From positions 209,289-273,288 of the forward strand of contig CAWGNP010000003.1 of NCBI GenBank assembly GCA_963823975.1: a DNA stretch of 64,000 bases, written 5' to 3'. Shown piece by piece: positions 51,628 to 64,000 of this stretch; the first letter of the stretch is position 1, and the number at the start of each line of letters is the position of its first letter. The notes under the pieces are model-generated. The model was not told the DNA's origin. It was given only the letters and a program-made list of their open reading frames with translations, and made no database searches. Made by a program: the position numbers and the translations under genes. The stretch is from an uncultured Chitinophagaceae bacterium (GTDB lineage Bacteria; Bacteroidota; Bacteroidia; Chitinophagales; Chitinophagaceae).

Positions 51628-52214
51628 CAGCCTTGTATTTTAAATTTTGATTTTAAAAGATAACCGGGGACAAGCCATGCTGTTATTACTGCTATTGCAA
51701 TCAACAACGATTGATATTCCATGCTTATAAATGCGGAAATAATTGAAAGCATCCAGCAGCATATAGCGCCTATTATCAAAGGTTTGAACTTTATAATAAT
51801 GCCTGATAAAAATGTAGGCATTCCATATAAGAACAAGCAATAACGGATTTATAATTTCATACTTTTTTAAGAACGTTGCAAATAAAGATTATCAGTATAA
51901 TGCAAATAGTAAATACCAGCCATACAAAGCCATTGATTTCACCAGTGTACGTTGTAGCTGGCCTTATTTTTTTATTTTTCTTAAATAAAATACTTGAAAT
52001 ATAATAACAAGATAAATATAAGCCAGACGAAATAAATTTTGGTAAGATGAAAAAAATGATCGCCAATAAAACTTGTTATACAGCAAAAAAGAATTACCCA
52101 TCCCCATAAAATATATAAAAGTCCGCGCTCGCTAAAATTGTTTTTCGCCTTGTTGATCATGGATGTGATTAGCTCCATGCTTTCTTTTTCAGTCATCATT
52201 TTTTCGCCTGGCAT
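51627..52214 (-). CDS. Integral membrane protein, about 6 TM (paralog 2; apparent frameshifts)
   Basis: MTEKESMELITSMINKAK, ILWGW, GMPTFLSG, WLVPGYLL distributed over three ORF fragments. Confidence 0.72.
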
Positions 52215-52220
52215 AAATAT

Positions 52221-52865
52221 TTATTTGTATTGAGATAGAAAATAATTTAATGCACCCGAGCCCCAATTTGGTGACAGCTCAGTTGCCGGCTTGAAGTTAT
52301 CATTCAATGTTTTTGCTTTGTTAAATAAATCTTTCGCTGCATCCTTGCCACCGCCAAATTGTTCAGGTGTATAAAAAGTATTTTCTGCCTGCAGCAATAC
52401 AGGACGTGGATTGGTGGGGTCAAGAGCTTTTGCTTTTTCTACCATGCTTGTAAATTCAGCCCCATACGTCATATACCTGCTTTGCGGATCTACCATCATG
52501 TGGCTTGTTGCAATCATTGCTTTTATCACATCAGTCTCCGAATTTTCTTTTCCTGCAAGCGCTTCGGCTTTGTCAAGATATGCTTTTGCTTTATCTGCTA
52601 TCGCATCTTTTTTACTATTGTCTTTTTCATTGTATGCACTGGTAACGGTGCAATAAGCCGCATAATAATATGGAAGCCATTGTGTTTTTTCCGCATCGCC
52701 TATTCTTTCAAAATTGTTGGCAAGCTCTGTATAATTTCCTTTTTGCATCATTGAATCCAATTGGGAAATATTTGCTTTCATTGCTGCAGTATATTTTTCG
52801 CTTTGGGCAAATACAGATGATGCAAAGCAAATAATAATGGCTGCTGATAATAATAGTTTTTTCAT
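52221..52865 (-). CDS. Secreted helical (TPR-like) hypothetical protein
   Basis: Signal peptide SVFA-Q; FERIGDAEKTQWLPYYY, DPTNPR, TPEQFGGGK, PNWG. Confidence 0.8.
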   Translation of the reverse strand: MKKLLLSAAIIICFASSVFAQSEKYTAAMKANISQLDSMMQKGNYTELANNFERIGDAEKTQWLPYYYAAYCTVTSAYNEKDNSKKDAIADKAKAYLDKAEALAGKENSETDVIKAMIATSHMMVDPQSRYMTYGAEFTSMVEKAKALDPTNPRPVLLQAENTFYTPEQFGGGKDAAKDLFNKAKTLNDNFKPATELSPNWGSGALNYFLSQYK

Positions 52866-52916
52866 GTTGTTTTGTTTTATAATTATTGGTTTTGTTTAAA
52901 ATTTATATTAAAAAAA

Positions 52917-55176
52917 TTATAGATGATTATCAATGTTATCTTGTGTTCGGTCAATGCCAAGACTTACAAAACATCCGAGGTATAAAAATCTTTTGGATGG
53001 TGGCGTTACGGCTACTTTATTCTGATTATTAGCAGAATAATTATAAGTATATACATTGTTTGCTCCTAGCACATTTGTTAGTGAGAAAACGAATACCGTA
53101 AAGCTTTTAGCCTTTGGCTTTCCAATACTCGGCAAGTAGTTTACGCTCAGGCTAAGACTATTATAATCTTTGGTACGACCTTCGTCAAATATTTTATAAG
53201 AATTGGTATTGTAATCATAATTAATATCGTAATAAGGCCGGCCGCTCGCATAAGTATAAGATGCATTGAATTGCGTTTTTAAATTAGTAACAAACTTCTT
53301 TATTACGAGCGATGCTGTATGTTTTGTGGCAAAGGAAGGCTCAATAGCGAAAGGATAATTTAAAAAATCTCGCTTGGTATCAAGGTAAGAGTACGAGATC
53401 CAAAAATCAACATTCTTAATTGTCTTTTTATCCCTGTAAAAAAATTCTATTCCTTTTGCATCGCCAAAGCCATTGTTGTTTATTGCTGTAAACGTTCCAT
53501 AATTATTCAGGTCGGTTTTAAAAAGGTCTTTATATTTTTTATAAAAAACCTCCGTACGAAACGTTCTTTGATTAGATATCTTTTGATATTGAGCTATATA
53601 GTGAGTCGCTTCTGCAAAATGCAATTGGTTAATCGATGGCAAGTATTTCCGCTCAGGATCTTCATAAAAAACTCCATAAGCAACTGAAGCTTGGCTGTTG
53701 TCGCTGAATTTATAAGCGAGGGACGCCCGTGGTGCAATATTCCATTGATCAATTAACTGTGAATGCTCTGCTCTTGCTCCAAGCTTCGCAGCAATATTAT
53801 TGGTTATATATATATCCGTTTCAGCAAAGCCTGCAAATAAATTTTCTTTTACTGTTTGGGTAAACACACTATCATTATATTCAGAATAAGTTCCTTTTTC
53901 ATTGCTATAATTATATTCACTTCCAAACCGGATTGCATTAAGACCACCGATCTTTTTTTCAAAAGCAACTTTTCCATTTTCATAAATGCCTTTATTTAAT
54001 AAATTAAAATTTTTATAAGCATACAAAGGATCATCTGCTATTACTTGTTTTTGATCTTCAGTGTTCTGTAATTCATTGGTTATATTATCACGATTGGTGC
54101 TGTAAGACGCTCCAGTATTTACTTTCCAGCCCTTCCCAAGTTTTTCCCTCCAGGAAATATTATGATACATATTCAAATTTTTTAAGCCAAAAGCATCCTT
54201 CATGTTTAAGGAATCAACGTCCTGGTTTCTAAAACCCACACTGGTAGTGCTTAAATAACCATAGTATTTAAACATGCCCGTTGCTGATGTTTTAATGCGG
54301 AAATTTGCATCAAGTTCATTTAGTATCAGGTACTTTGAAGTAATCAGATTTTTGCTTTAGTAAATTATATACCAAAGCAAGATTCGTATAGCCGTAGGTA
54401 ATGCCCCAAGATGACTTTTTATTTTTGGAAAGCTTTTGTATGCCTGCATCTGCGCCAAGATAAGAAATACCAAAATCAGCAGAAGTTTTTTCAGGAAGAT
54501 CAATTGACTCCAATAAGAGCACGGATGATAGAGCCTGTCCATATAATGCAGAGTAGCCGCCGGAGCTAAAAATAGTTCCTTTAAATAAAAAAGGATTGAA
54601 TCTTCCTCTTGTTGCCTGGTTAGGCTCGCTGCTATAAAAAAAATTATTTACCAATGTGCCATCAATAAAAATTTTGCGTTTCAGATGCCGTGCCTCCTCT
54701 AACAAATAAGCCTTCGCTTTCGCCAACCTGTTGTGTGCCTGGCAATGTTTTTAATGCACTGGTAATATCACCATTCGCACTTGCTGTGGTTACAATATCA
54801 ATCGGATTTAATGCAGTTGCTCTTTTTTGATCACTTGCTTCAAAGGTTCCGGCGGTTATTACTACTGCTTTTAATTCTGTCACTTCTTCTTTCAATGAAA
54901 TATTGATGTGCATCGAAGCCCCTTGTATATATTATATTTTTTTCAAAAGATTTATATCCGGTTGATGATGCCTGTAAAAGATTGCGCTCCTTTTTCTGTT
55001 GTGGTGAAAGAATAATTTCCTGATGAATCTGAAGTTGCTCCATCATAAGTATCCTTTATGCTTATGCTGATTCCTCGCAAAGCTTTATTTTGATTATCGG
55101 TTATCTTTCCTGATATGGTTGTTTGGGATTGAAGCGATTGACTTAAAGCAATTAATGGTAAAATAAGCCGTTTCAT
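52917..55176 (-). CDS. TonB-dependent receptor (several apparent frameshifts)
   Basis: CarboxypepD_reg-like ISGKITD...GATSDSSGNYSF; plug TLPG...LFVRGG; FSSGGYSALYGQALSS; barrel APRASLAY, NVLG. Confidence 0.88.
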
Positions 55177-55192
55177 TTTTGTAAATTTATTG

Positions 55193-55224
55193 CAAAATAA
55201 AATTAGTTTATATTATAAACCAAA
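55193..55224 (-). promoter_or_regulatory. Candidate promoter of TonB receptor operon with a perfect palindromic operator in the spacer
   Basis: Minus strand TTTG-N20-TTATTTTG (one mismatch to TAnnTTTG); GTTTATA-T-TATAAAC at 55206-55220. Confidence 0.5.
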
Positions 55225-55552
55225 TATTAAATAAAATTTTTCTAATGACTATAATTTTAAATATAAAACATTCCTTATCAATAAGTTTATGAAATTACTG
55301 AGGCTGTAAGATGATTTATAATTCAAAATTTTATTCACATCACTCAAAATTAATTTGTTTATGTGCCCGCAATTTGTAATTTAGCAATAGAATTTAATGG
55401 GTTAGTAAGTACAAAGAGATGGTAGAAATACTGCTCCTTTTGCTTTTTATAATATTGAGTATAACATCTTCTCTTCCTACTTCGCTTTATAAATTCACTT
55501 TCAATTTTAATCTTTAATAATGTTTGTTTAATTTCATTATGATTATTTATAG

Positions 55553-56929
55553 ATGAGCAAAACAAAGACAGCATTCTTTTGCCAGCAACTGTGGATATGA
55601 AAGTGCAAAGTGGTCTCGGCAGATGTCCTTCGTGCAATCAATGGAATACTTTCGTTGAAGAAGTTATTATAAAAGGAACTGATAAAAAACAAAATGAATG
55701 GAAAGAATTTTCAGGTCTGACCGATGGATTAAAAACGATATCTTTAAATGATGTTACCAGCGGCGAAGACAAAAGAATCATACACTGCCGATGCAGAGCT
55801 TAATCGTGTATTAGGCGGAGGAATAGTTGCAGGAAGTATAGTACTAATTGCAGGAGAACCAGGCATTGGAAAGTCAACATTATTTTTGCAGGATGCGTTA
55901 CAATTGAAGGATATTATTACGCTATATATCAGCGGTGAAGAAAGCGAGCAGCAAATAAAAATGCGTGCAGACAGGTTGCAAATAAAAAATGATAACTTTT
56001 TATCTGCTTACTGAAACTAATACACAAACAATTTTTCAGGAAATAAAAAACTTAAACCAGAATTGGTTATTGTTGATTCTATACAAACCTTGCAATCGCC
56101 ATATATCGAATCATCACCGGGAAGTGTTTCACAAATAAGAGAAACTGCAGCAGAATTTCAGCAATTCGCAAAAGAAACGAACACACCTGTTTTTTTAATT
56201 GGCCATATTACAAAGGATGGAAGCATAGCCGGACCAAAAATTTTAGAACACATGGTTGATACTGTGTTGCAATTTGAAGGTGACAGAAATTATGCATATA
56301 GAATTTTAAGAACGTTGAAGAATCGTTTCGGCTCATCATCAGAATTAGGCATTTATGAAATGACCGGAGAAGGAATGAGGCAGGTAAGTAATCCATCGGA
56401 AATATTAATAACACAAAAAGAAGAACAACTAAGCGGTGTTGCGATTGCAGCAACCATGGAAGGGATAAGGCCTTTGCTTATTGAAGTGCAGGCATTGGTT
56501 ACGCAAAGCGTATATGGCACTCCTCAAAGAACCAATACAGGCTTTGATCTCAGGAGATTGCAATTATTGCTCGCTGTGCTTGAAAAGCGAGGTGGTTTTC
56601 ATTTTGGAGTAAAAGATGTTTTTATAAATATTGCCGGCGGTTTAAAAGTTGAAGATCCATCTATTGATCTTGCAGTGCTCAGCGCGTTACTTTCATCGTA
56701 TGAAGATGTTGCCCTGCCATTGCATATTTGCTTTGCAGGTGAAGTAGGCTTAAGTGGAGAAATACGAGCCGTTAACAGGATTGAGCAACGTATTGCCGAA
56801 GCAGAAAAGCTTGGCTTTGAAAAAATAATTGTAAGCAAATACAACACTAAAGGTTTAGGGAAAAGCAAATTCGATATAGAAGTGGTTCCGCTGGGCAAAG
56901 TGGAAGAATTGTATCAATATCTTTTTTAA
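55553..56929 (+). CDS. radA: DNA repair protein RadA/Sms (several apparent frameshifts)
   Basis: Zn finger [46 protein letters not shown]. Confidence 0.95.
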
Positions 56930-56938
56930 ATTTAAAAA

Positions 56939-57640
56939 TTGAACATACTCTCAAGTATATCATCTTCTTTGCTTCATCTTCTTTACCCAAACACTTGTGT
57001 TGGTTGCGGAAATGATATACTGGAAAGTAAAAATTTTATTTGCCTTGAATGCATAAATGATTTACCGCATATAAGCTTTGCTCTTCACGCTAATAATGAC
57101 GTCGAAAAAATTTTCTGGGGAAGACTTCCTGTTACCGCAGCGATGAGTGAATTATATTTTTCAAAGCATTCTCTTGTTCAAAATCTTGTTCACGAATTTA
57201 AATATCGGGGCAACAAAGATGTTGGCTTGTACTTAGGAAGAATGATGGGAAAAACGTTATTAAACAGCAATAGGTTTAAGGCAATTGATGTACTAATACC
57301 TTTGCCGATATCCAATAAAAAGGAAATAAAAAGAGGCTTTAATCAGTCGTTCATTTTATGTGAAGGCATAAAGGAAGTGCTCAATATTCCGGTAATTACC
57401 AAAGCAGTTACGAGAACGATATACAGCGGGTCACAAACAAAAAAAGATCGTACGGAAAGATGGCTAAACGTAGAAAAAAGTTTTACTGTAACAGACTCTA
57501 AATTTATAAAAGGGAAACACGTTTTACTGATTGATGACGTTATCACTACAGGTGCAACATTAGAAGCATGCGGCTCACAAATCTTAAAGGAAGAAGGAAC
57601 GAGGTTGAGCATTGCAACACTTTCTATTGCAAAAAATTAA
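56939..57640 (+). CDS. comF: ComF family phosphoribosyltransferase-like protein
   Basis: CxxC...CxxC, FKYRG, RGFNQS, LLIDDVITTGAT. Confidence 0.92.
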   Translation: MNILSSISSSLLHLLYPNTCVGCGNDILESKNFICLECINDLPHISFALHANNDVEKIFWGRLPVTAAMSELYFSKHSLVQNLVHEFKYRGNKDVGLYLGRMMGKTLLNSNRFKAIDVLIPLPISNKKEIKRGFNQSFILCEGIKEVLNIPVITKAVTRTIYSGSQTKKDRTERWLNVEKSFTVTDSKFIKGKHVLLIDDVITTGATLEACGSQILKEEGTRLSIATLSIAKN

Positions 57641-57668
57641 TTGCAAATAATAAATTGTAAAGTATATA

Positions 57669-59069
57669 ATGAGTTTTTTAAAAGCAATATTTTATATCCT
57701 CATTTTAGCAGTGATAATTTTTTCCTGCAAGAAAGAATCGTATATAAAGAGCCCTGATGCTAACGTTTCTACCAGTACGGATACATTAATGTATGATACC
57801 GTTTTTACTTCAGTGGGTTCTATTACACAGAGCTTTAAAATTTTTAATAATAACAATCAAAAACTTTTATTATCACAAGTCAGGTTATCCGGCGGCGATA
57901 CATCTTCTTTTAAATTAAATATAAACGGAACTGCAGCCGACGAGGTGGACAATATTGAAATAAATGCAAATGATAGTATCTATATTTTTGTACAAGTGAA
58001 TATAAATCCAACCAATAATAAACTTCCTTTTTTAATACAAGACAGTATTTTAATAAGTTATAATGGCAATAAAAAGTTTGTGCAGCTGCAAGCCTATGGA
58101 CAAAACGCTATTTTTCTAAACAACACACATGTAACGGCGAACACAACATGGAGCAAAGTTTTGCCTTATGTAATCCTGAACAGCATTACAGTAGATTCTG
58201 CTGTAACGCTTACTATACTTCAAGGAGCAAGAATTTATTTACATGCCAATGCGCCTTTTTTAGTAAATGGAACTTTAATGGCAAATGGTACAAAACAGGA
58301 TAGCATTATATTTAGTGGTGACCGTCTCGATGCTGATTATGAAGATTTGCCGGCGGCATGGCCAGGTATATTTTTTAGCAGCAGCAGCAAAGACAATTAT
58401 TTTAAACATGCTATTATAAAAAATGCTTACCAGGGCATTATTGCACAGAATGCATCTCCTGATGCAAATCCAAAAGTAACTTTATCCCAATGCATTATTA
58501 ATAATGTGTATGATGCAGGTGTTTTAGGCATCAATACAAGTATCAATGCAGATAATTGTTTGATCAGTAATTGCGGAAGTAATGTATTGCTGAAACTTGG
58601 TGGGAGTTACAATTTTGTGCATTGCACAGTTGCCTCGTACAACAATTTTAATATTACACATCAGACTCCGATATTGCAGGTTTCCAATGCTGCGATGGAA
58701 AACGGAATTACTTATACATCTTCAATAAATGCGTTGTTTCAAAATTGTATTTTTTGGGGCGATTATGGAAATGTGGATGATGAAGTTACAACTGATAAAG
58801 AAGGAACGGATATGTTTTCCGTAACATTTGATCATGTATTATATAAAGCAAAAGATGTTCCTGCTAATATAAATTTTATATCATGTTTACAGAATATAGA
58901 TCCCATGTTTGATACCATTGATGTCACTAATAATATTTACGATTTTCATTTCAATAATCATCCGTCATCTCCGGCAATAAATGCTGGCGTGATAACTTCT
59001 TTTCCCTATGATTTGGATGACCGGCCGAGAGACAATGGCGCTCCCGATTTAGGCTGTTACGAAAGATGA
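57669..59069 (+). CDS. Lipoprotein with Ig-like and right-handed beta-helix regions
   Basis: Lipobox IIFSC; DTLMYDTVFT; Asn/Ile-rich repeats; SPAINAG...PDLGCYE. Confidence 0.75.
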   Translation: MSFLKAIFYILILAVIIFSCKKESYIKSPDANVSTSTDTLMYDTVFTSVGSITQSFKIFNNNNQKLLLSQVRLSGGDTSSFKLNINGTAADEVDNIEINANDSIYIFVQVNINPTNNKLPFLIQDSILISYNGNKKFVQLQAYGQNAIFLNNTHVTANTTWSKVLPYVILNSITVDSAVTLTILQGARIYLHANAPFLVNGTLMANGTKQDSIIFSGDRLDADYEDLPAAWPGIFFSSSSKDNYFKHAIIKNAYQGIIAQNASPDANPKVTLSQCIINNVYDAGVLGINTSINADNCLISNCGSNVLLKLGGSYNFVHCTVASYNNFNITHQTPILQVSNAAMENGITYTSSINALFQNCIFWGDYGNVDDEVTTDKEGTDMFSVTFDHVLYKAKDVPANINFISCLQNIDPMFDTIDVTNNIYDFHFNNHPSSPAINAGVITSFPYDLDDRPRDNGAPDLGCYER

Positions 59070-59105
59070 TTTGCTTTCTTAGAAGTATCTTTGCAAAAAT
59101 TTTTT

Positions 59106-59657
59106 ATGAAAAAAATAATTGTTGCATTGTCATCTTTAATATTGGTATCCTTTATTTTACCAAGCAAAAGAATAACTTTTATGAAATCATCTATTTACCA
59201 GTTCAAAGTAGAAGGGCTAGGCGGAGATGTGATTGATTTTTCTAAATTCAAAGGCAAAAAAATTTTAGTAGTAAACACAGCCTCCAAATGCGGTTATACG
59301 CCACAGTACAGTGATCTTGAAAAACTTTACCAGAAGTATAGTGATAAGCTTGTGATAGTTGGGTTTCCTGCAAACAACTTTGCAAGCCAGGAACCTGGAA
59401 CCAATGATGAGATAAAAGCATTTTGTACAAAAAATTATGGCGTTACTTTTCCAATGGCAGCAAAGGTTTCAGTAAAGGGAGATGATATTGCGCCCATTTA
59501 TAAATGGCTTACTAATAAATCTGAAAATGGGATGATGGATGCCGAAATCAAATGGAACTTTACTAAATTTTTATTGAATGAAAATGGTGAACTCGTAGCC
59601 AAGTTCGATAGTAATGTAACACCCATGAGCGATGAGATTGTGAAGTATCTTAAATAA
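59106..59657 (+). CDS. Glutathione peroxidase family protein (Cys-type)
   Basis: VNTASKCGYTPQY, GFPANNFASQEPG, KWNFTKFL. Confidence 0.94.
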   Translation: MKKIIVALSSLILVSFILPSKRITFMKSSIYQFKVEGLGGDVIDFSKFKGKKILVVNTASKCGYTPQYSDLEKLYQKYSDKLVIVGFPANNFASQEPGTNDEIKAFCTKNYGVTFPMAAKVSVKGDDIAPIYKWLTNKSENGMMDAEIKWNFTKFLLNENGELVAKFDSNVTPMSDEIVKYLK

Positions 59658-59683
59658 TATTTAGTTTTCAGCTAATAGTTCCC

Positions 59684-60899
59684 ATGCGATTTGAAAATGT
59701 TGTTGGACTACAGTCCACAAAAAATCATTTAATAGATTTGGTGAGTCGCAACAGGCTTAGCCATTCTTTATTATTCCTGGGAAAAGAAGGTAGCGGCTCA
59801 TTGGCCATGGCATTGGCTTTCGCTCAATATATTGTTTGTGATGCCGCGAAAAAAAACTGTAACTGCGCAAAAAGATTTGTTTGCAAATGATGATGCAGTT
59901 TCTTTAAAACAGCCAATTGCAACCGATGCTTGTGGAACATGCGCTGCCTGTATAAAAGCACAACAATTAATTCATCCTGATATTCATTTTTCGTTTCCAG
60001 TTATATCAAAAAAAAGCGGTTCACCGCCGGTAAGTGATGATTATGTCAGCGAGTGGCGTGAGTTCGTTTTACAACAGCCATATAGCAATGTATACGATTG
60101 GCTTCAATTTATAAATGCGGAAAATAAGCAGGGAAATATAACTGCAGATGAATGTAACCAGATCAATCATAAACTTAGCCTAAAGGCGTTTGAAAGCGAA
60201 TATAAAATTTTGATTATGTGGATGCCTGAGTTCCTGGGAAACTCCGGTAATAAATTATTAAAACTAATAGAAGAACCACCGCAGGATACACTTTTTATTT
60301 TTGTAGCTCAGGATGAAAGCGCTATTCTTCCAACTATTTTATCAAGAACCCAATTAGTTAAAATCCCTTTGCCAGATACAACTGATATTGAAAATGTATT
60401 AATAAAAGATGCAAGTGTTACTGAAGAAAGGGCTTCTCAAATAGCTGCATTAAGTGAGGGGAACTATCGTGAAGCTTTGCAGATGCTTCAAAGCACCGAA
60501 CAAGATTGGCAAAGATTAGTAAGAGACTGGCTTAATGCAATTGCAAAAAATAATGTGGCAGCTCAGCTTAAATGGATAGATGAAGTAAGCCAATATGGAC
60601 GCGAGAAACAGAAACAGTTTTTGCGTTATTTTATTCATTTGCTCAGGCAGGCTGTAAGAATTCAGTTTCTTTATTCGGAGTCATATGATCTTGCTGTTAA
60701 TATACCCGAAAATGAAATAGATTTTGCTTCAAGGCTAAATAAATTATGCAGTATAGAAGCACAGGAAGCGATTAGTAACGAACTGGATAAGGCCATATTT
60801 TATATTGAAAGGAATGCACATGCTAAAATGTTATTTCATGCACTGTCTGTCAGGCTGCATTATATTATAAAAGATAATTCAGTAATTTTGGTTAATTGA
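59684..60899 (+). CDS. holB: DNA polymerase III delta-prime subunit (frameshift near 59850)
   Basis: RLSHSLLFLG, ACGTCAAC, HPDIHF, NKLLKLIEEPP, ILPTILSRTQ. Confidence 0.92.
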
Positions 60900-61087
60900 A
60901 GAAATGATGAGACTTGGGGGTTAACATTTAATATATAAACATAAATAAGAATTTAACTATATATATGTCGTCTTAAATAATCTGCATTGACTACAATTAT
61001 AAAGGCTCCTTAAAAATTAGTAAGCGAAGTGATTTCGCTTATAGTCTTCATCATTACTTTTTTATTATTTAAAATTTAACTTTTAAG

Positions 61088-62330
61088 ATGAGTTGTACAA
61101 GTTGTGGTACAGGAAAGCCAAACGGATGTAAAAGTAATGGAGGATGCAGCACAGGTGGATGTAACAGGTTAAATGTACATGACTGGCTTGCGAATCTTCC
61201 TTTCAGTGATCCCGAAAGCAGTTGTCGTATTGTAGAAGTTTCGTTTAACCAGGGTAGCAGGAAGGATTATTATAGAAATATTCGTTACAATTTTTTGAAA
61301 AAGGAGAGATCATAGCTGTGGAAGGGATCAGTGGTTTCGATGTAGGCATAGTAAGTCTTACAGGTGAGCTTGTTCGGCTCCAATTGAAAAAGCATGGCAT
61401 AAAGGAAGATGTTGCCGAATTTAAAAAGATTTTAAGAATAGCAACCGATAACGATATAAATAAGTGGAAAGAAACAAAACAGCGTGAGCCAAATGTGCTC
61501 GATAAGAAGCCGCGCGATGGCAAGACAACTTAAGGTAGATCTTAAAATGGCGGAAGTGGAGATACAGGCTGATGGCAGAAAGGCTACTTTTTTTTATATA
61601 GCAGATGACCGTGTTGATTTTAGGGAACTGATTAAAGTGTATGCTTCTGAATTCAAAGTAAAGGTAGAAATGAAGCAGATTGGAGCAAGACAGGAGGCAG
61701 GAAAAGTTGGTGGTATTGGCAGTTGTGGAAGAGAGCTTTGTTGTAGCACATGGCTTACCGATTTCAAAAGCGTAAATACTAACGCAGCCCGTTATCAAAA
61801 TTTAAGCATCAATCAAACGAAACTTAGCGGTCAATGTGGAAGATTGAAGTGTTGTCTCAATTACGAACTTGATACCTATTTGGATGCGTTGCAACATTTT
61901 CCTGATGATGCAGAAGTTATTGAAGTAGCCAAAGGACGTGCTCATTTAATAAAGAAGGACATTTTTAAAAATCTGATGTGGTACGCAATGAAAGATAGCA
62001 ACCGGCAATACCCGTTATCTATTGAAAGTGTAAAAAAAATAATTTCACAGAACAAGCAAGGCATTAAGCCTGAAGAATTGGAAACAGCAGACGTTTCAAC
62101 CGGAAAATTAAAAGAAGTTGAACCGGCATTTGTAGATGTAGTAGGTCATATCACTTTAAAATCTTTAGAAAAAAATGGTCGGAAACAAAAAGATAACAGG
62201 AACAGGAATAAAAGACAACCGGTTCAAAATGCTCAAAGGCCGCAGCAAATGCAACAAAATCAACCGCAACCGTAACAATACTAAGCCAAAACCTGATAAC
62301 AGAAATTCTCAGCAGAAAAAAAATACATAA
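61088..62330 (+). CDS. ricT: PSP1-domain / RicT (YaaT) family Fe-S protein (apparent frameshifts)
   Basis: RVDFRELIK, QIGARQEA, GSCGRELCCSTW, GQCGRLKCCLNYE; follows holB; low-complexity tail likely ends at 62330. Confidence 0.88.
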
Positions 62331-62420
62331 TATTTTATAACAACAAGGTTTGTGTTTACATAATATATTATTATAGTTATTGTATTTTTACTTTGTTTAT
62401 AAAGTTTCTTTATTTACTTC

Positions 62421-64000
<1,580 letters not shown>

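Noticed and set aside
55359-55637. 92-aa minus-strand ORF upstream of the TonB receptor
   Set aside because: Overlaps the radA 5' end on the opposite strand, has no recognisable motif, and is likely spurious.
59106-59657. Selenocysteine-containing glutathione peroxidase
   Set aside because: The active-site codon is TGC (Cys) and there is no in-frame TGA.

Overview
AT-rich bacterial chromosomal segment, most likely Bacteroidota/Chitinophagaceae (TAnnTTTG-type promoters, a T9SS cargo protein with a PLPV motif, gldA, DUF3098-ftsX, holB-ricT). About 60 tightly packed genes, mostly housekeeping (purH, comEC, mlaEFD, tsaB, greA, ruvC, uppP, ftsX, leuS, dxs, scpA, mscL, frr, pdxA, recR, radA, comF, holB, gldA, eno). 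I saw no rRNA, tRNA, CRISPR array, prophage or transposase. About 16 genes, including essential ones, are broken by small indels clustered in blocks, best explained as sequencing/assembly errors. Best candidates for poorly described biology: (1) a TonB receptor-secreted helical protein-two paralogous membrane proteins-wHTH operon with a perfect 7-1-7 palindrome in its promoter spacer; (2) a membrane histidine kinase/single-domain receiver/receiver-class IIIb adenylate cyclase cassette; (3) a low-GC, strongly diverged leucine-specific domain inside leuS; (4) a promoter-proximal terminator ahead of greA; (5) a solo helicase/Fe-S nuclease with three CTAA-N5-TTAG-like boxes upstream and an in-frame heptamer repeat; (6) RicT with a Cys-rich N-terminal extension. 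All family assignments are from motif recognition, not database searches.
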